A stretch of 64,000 bases of DNA from the human T2T-CHM13v2.0 reference genome, Homo sapiens. Shown here in pieces: positions 51,528 through 64,000 of the stretch. The notes under the pieces were generated by a model. That model was not told the DNA's origin. It worked only from the letters and a program-made list of their open reading frames with translations, and made no database searches. A program made the position numbers and the translations under genes. Each line of letters begins with the position of its first letter. Positions within the stretch are counted from its first letter, which is position 1. The DNA is taken from the NCBI RefSeq assembly GCF_009914755.1, contig NC_060927.1; one strand, 5' to 3'.

Positions 51528-53359
51528 ATTTCATAGTGATATCTCTCATTTTCAGTAAAAAGAATTTTGCAGTTAGATAAGGTGTTTTGCTAAGTGTTCA
51601 AAGTTATTGTAAATATAATTGTTTTAGCATTTTAATGACTTAGGGTTTTATACCTAATAAACTCCTTAAAATATTTATATATGTTATTCAAAAGCATCCA
51701 AGGAATTTTAACCTGGTGTTCATGTTATATTAGATAATTAAAGCAGAAAACAAATGAAAACATTTATAGGTTAAATACTCTTCATGTGGCTTTATAAATG
51801 CCTTAAGTGTTAAAGCACTGTAGTTCCTCTCAAAAGTATTTGAGTAGGAAATATAATACAGCAGACAGAATTGTATAGTGTGGAAACATCACATTTAACT
51901 GGATTGTGGTGGCAGATTTGTGTTTGGTTGAGCCGATAAAGATCTCAGGAATCAGCTGTCCCTCAAAAGGTCTTTTACTCTAGATTATGGAATTGGCAAA
52001 CTTCACTTCTTATAAGAATTTAACTCATATATCACTTGAAGCAATAAATAGAATGGGAAATGCAATCATAAAATGAGAAGTGAGTTAAAACCGTCAATGC
52101 AAGGCCAAACTCTAAGAGGGTACTTTTATCTCTATTCCTTTCTATGAGTAATAAGAAAAGGCAACTTGCCTCTCTTTATTGACGATGCCTTCAGAGGCCT
52201 TTTACAGTTGTATTTGTATGACACTGGAAAACATGAAAAGATTCATATTGCTAACGAATTCAGAAAGCTAATAGATAATTTAAAAATTAAGTTAGCATGG
52301 ATGTAGAGAAGAAAAATGCCAGAATAGAAAGTAAATGGTATCAATTTTTCTAGCATTAAAAAAATGAAAACAATAAGAAAAGGAAATCAGTAATATTTCC
52401 ATAATTATTAGCATTTGTTATGGATAAAAAGTGGCCTTAAATGCATATTACCAAAGATCAAATAATGCTAAAATGATATGATCTCATCGTGTCCAGTGGG
52501 TGGCTGGGAAAGGTGTGAAAATAAGCAAGAGTATGGATGTTTTGTGACTCAAAAGTCCTTACATTTTAGCTTTCCTCACACTACATCCTCTTGCTGTATT
52601 ATGAGTGATCCATCTTCAGGTCACCCCTACTCTTCCTCTTTCAACACTAAAATTTCTTCTATATTCCTATGTATATCATTTCATCACATTCCCATTTATA
52701 TCACCCAGGTCCCCAACCTGAAACAACTCACCTGTCTGTTTTGCAAGACTCTAGTTAGTATCTCCCTTATCCTTTTATAGTCTCTTATTTCCTAAACAAT
52801 GCTGCCATATAATTTGTGCATTTAAGTTTAATTAATTCATGTCCTACTTAATTACCTTTTAATGGATTGTCATTGCTAGCAGATTATATGCATATGTGGT
52901 ACATATATCTATATATGAATATATACATATGGATATGTTTGTTTATATGTCTGTACAGATTGTATAATATGCATATATATGCCTCAGCTAGTATTTATTC
53001 ACCCTGAATTATTTGAGATCTTTTGCAAAAAAACTTCTTGGTTTAACTCTGGAGACTCTTCCTCCACAATTATCTTGATGGAACCTGTGTTGCAGCCAAA
53101 GTGAGTTACCAGGAGACTTCTGTACACTCCTTACTCTGTCAGGTGCATGTTTTCGTTCATATAGCTCTCTCCACAGAGAATCCCTACTACTGCAACTCAC
53201 CTCTAAGTCACTTGCAATTGAAATGATAACTTTCTTCAAGGTGTGTATGAAATGTTACCATTTTATAAAGCTTTCATCCACAAAGCTTTTTCTGCCTACC
53301 TGGAAGTGGATGGGGGTGTTCACTCATTTAAAACAATTAGCACTTTATTTATGCTTCTT

Positions 53360-60399
<7,040 letters not shown>

Positions 60400-61675
60400 T
60401 TATTTATTCTTCTTACGCTATATTTGGCTTTATATTTATTGTCTTAAAGATCTTTTACATTACAAATCAGAAGTCCTACTATGTTTTCTTTCTTTTGCTA
60501 TGGGAGACTCGATGGCTTACATACATGAAGCCCAAAATAAGTGCTTGTGAAATATTTGTGAAATCAAATAGAAACCAACAGTACAAATGCGTAGAATATA
60601 GTGAATTATTCTTGCTTTCCTTTTCACGAGGATTGACTCTTTGTATAGACTATGAAGAATATCATGGAGAAGCTATTCAATCTTAAAAATTGAAGGATAT
60701 AAAACATATAAATGTTTAAAAAAATTCATTATTTTATATTTGCAGAGCTAGGCTCACAAAATTAGACCAGATCATTTGCCCTCTTTTTGTTCCCCAGAGA
60801 GGTGCCTGCTAAGTGGCAGGAAACAGAGCTAATGGATTACAGTATAGCTGCTTTTATTATTACTCCACAGAGAATCCATGTTATTGCATATGTTTATAGT
60901 TTATTGATTTTTATTGCTGTATAACATTCTTTATGTACTTATGGTTTTCAGTCAATTATCTATATTTTGCTTGTTTGTTCACTGTTATGACCCAAAGACA
61001 AGATTGATAATATTAATACAAGCATCTGGTGTCTCTTCTGCCATTTTAAAGGCCTAGTTCCGCAGTTGGCTTTTCTTTTAATGAAAAGGTAGAAAACAAA
61101 CTATGAGTACATGGGCAGGATATATAGCATCACAAGTCTTACTTTAGGTGGGGTTGGGGGCGGGGGAAATGGAACAGGCAATTGGGAGCTCTGAAGAGCT
61201 CAGAATTTCCCTGCAGCCTTGTCCTGTACATTTCTAGTTAAAAAATGTATCTGCTCTGGCATTTCCTTCAGTATAATCCCAATTATTTTATGCCTTCAAG
61301 AAATTCACCAAAATTGATTGTCCATTGATATAATCTCATTCTCACTTGTGTTATAGATTTATTCCTTTTAGTACATTATTTTTGTATTTAGTGGGATATT
61401 AGAAAATAGATAAATTATACACTTGGGAAACCCCCCCATTTTGGACAAGATATTCTTCTGTATTTTTTAAAAAGAAATTATAGAAATATATATGTATTAT
61501 TTAATGAGTATTTAGACATAAAGAATAATATCATATTGAAATTTCATATGTTGCCTATAACACTGCTCATGTTGGGTTGAAAGCACCCTATGGAACTACC
61601 AATAGCAGTAGAAATACTCTTTATTATGAAGATGTATTTTTTACTTAATCTTGACATTTAAGTATTCATAGATTT

Positions 61676-61682
61676 CTCTTTC

Positions 61683-61748
<66 letters not shown>
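61676..61748. repeat. Compound (TC)n(TA)n microsatellite
   Basis: tctctctc...tatatata. Confidence 0.95.
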
Positions 61749-62143
61749 GTCTCTCTGTGTCTCTCTATACATATTTGTTTACTTATTGTCTTATCTTCTA
61801 CTGCTCATGAGACTGCTGACGAATTATCCTTTACTGTGCTCAAAGAAACAATATAATTAGAATTTAGGTAAATGCAAACAGCAATAAAAACTAGAACAGC
61901 ATTACTATAAGCCTGGGAATTTGGAATTTCCAGCCTCCGCTTTTTCCTTTCCTCACTATTTTGACAGTTAGATGTAAAATTCAATAGGACATCTGTTGCA
62001 AAGGATGAAGTATTGTGGTGTTTTTAAAATACTTTTTCGTGGGAATTACTATTGACTGATGATATCCAATCAAAACTCTATTGTCTTATTTCAGTAAGGG
62101 TAACAGGAGGGACCTATGTTTATCGAAAAAAATGTGTAGCTGG

Positions 62144-63257
62144 GCAAGGACTTCATGTCTAAAACACCAACAGCAATGGCAACAAAAGCCAAACTTGACA
62201 AATGGAATCTAATTAAACTAAAGAGCTTCTGCACAGCAAAAGAAACTACCATCAGAGTGAACAGGCAACCTACAAAATAGGAGAAAATTTTCACAACCTG
62301 CTCATCTGACAAAGGGCTAATATCCAGAATCTACAATGAACTTAAACAAATTTACAAGAAAAAAACAAACAACCCCATCAAAAAGTGGGCAAAGGATATG
62401 AACAGACACTTCTCAAAAGAAGACATTTATGCAGCCAAAAGACACATGAAAAAATGCTCATCATCACTGGCCATCAGAGAAATGCAAATCAAAACCATAA
62501 TGAGATACTATCTCACACCAGTTAGAATGGCAATCATTAAAAAGTCAGGAAACAACAGGTGCTGGAGAGGATGTGGAGAAATAGGAACACTTTTACACTG
62601 TTGGTGGGACTGTAAACTAGTTCAACCATTGTGGAAGTCAGTGTGGTCATTCCTCAGGGATCTAGAACTAGAAATACCATTTGACCCAGCCATCCCATTA
62701 CTGGGTATATACCCAAAGGACTATAAATTATGCTGCTATAAAGACACATGCATACGTATGTTTATTGCGGCACTATTCACAATAGCAAAGACTTGGAACC
62801 AACCCAAATGTCCAACAATGATAGACTGGATTAAGCAAATGTGGCACATATACACCATAGAATACTGTGCAGCCATAAAAAATGATGAGTTCATGTCCTT
62901 TGTAGGGACATGGATGAAACTGGAAATCATCATTCTCAGTAAACTATCGCAAGGACAAAAAGCCAAATACCACATGTTCTCACTCATAGATGGGATTTGA
63001 ACAATGAGAACACATGGACACAGGAAGGGGAACATCACACTCTGGGGACTGTTTTGGGGCTGGGGGAGGGGTGAGGGATAGCATTAGGAGATATACCTAA
63101 TGCTAAATGATGAGTTAATGGGTGCAGCACACCAGCATGGCACATGTATACAAGTGTAACTAACCTGCACATTGTGCACATGTACCCTAAAACTTAAAGT
63201 ATAATAATAATAAAAAATAAAAAAATTAAAAATAAAAATAAAAATAAACTAAAGGCA
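62144..63257 (+). mobile_element. Young 5'-truncated L1PA3/4-like element, 18-bp perfect TSD
   Basis: TSD aaaaaaatgtgtagctgg at 62126-62143 and 63258-63275; open 200-aa ORF2 C-terminal frame at 62398-63000. Confidence 0.95.
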
Positions 63258-63317
63258 AAAAAAATGTGTAGCTGGAATCAAGCTTTGGAAGAATTTTCTC
63301 AAAACATTTAACCTACA

Positions 63318-64000
<683 letters not shown>

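Noticed and set aside
62398-63000. 200-aa ORF as a gene
   Set aside because: It is the C-terminus of L1 ORF2p in a 5'-truncated insertion

Overview
Primate (very likely human) genomic DNA from an olfactory receptor OR5H gene cluster. There are three tandem + strand OR5H units. The first is a nonsense pseudogene (6084-7013, matching OR5H7P by sequence and position). The other two are intact single-coding-exon genes, OR5H6 (32065-32994) and OR5H2 (50583/50598-51527); these symbols come from my recollection of the proteins, not a search. Each unit has a homologous upstream block with EBF(O/E)-like sites and a conserved GT splice donor. Most of the rest is retroelement: several L1s, Alus, an MST MaLR, solo LTRs (MER11, LTR7, LTR28-like, LTR8/LTR18-like, MER4-like) and a two-LTR HERV-H-family provirus (11606-17576). 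That provirus has lost most of pol but keeps env, and its primer binding site looks Phe-like. I see no evidence of a new protein-coding system; the many short ORFs in the track fall inside repeats. The most interesting signals are structural: the inferred OR promoter/exon architecture, the atypical provirus, a 5'-inverted Alu, an apparent conversion tract between two inverted L1s, and a reconstructable duplication/deletion history. Repeat subfamily names are from memory of consensus sequences and need RepeatMasker/Dfam confirmation.
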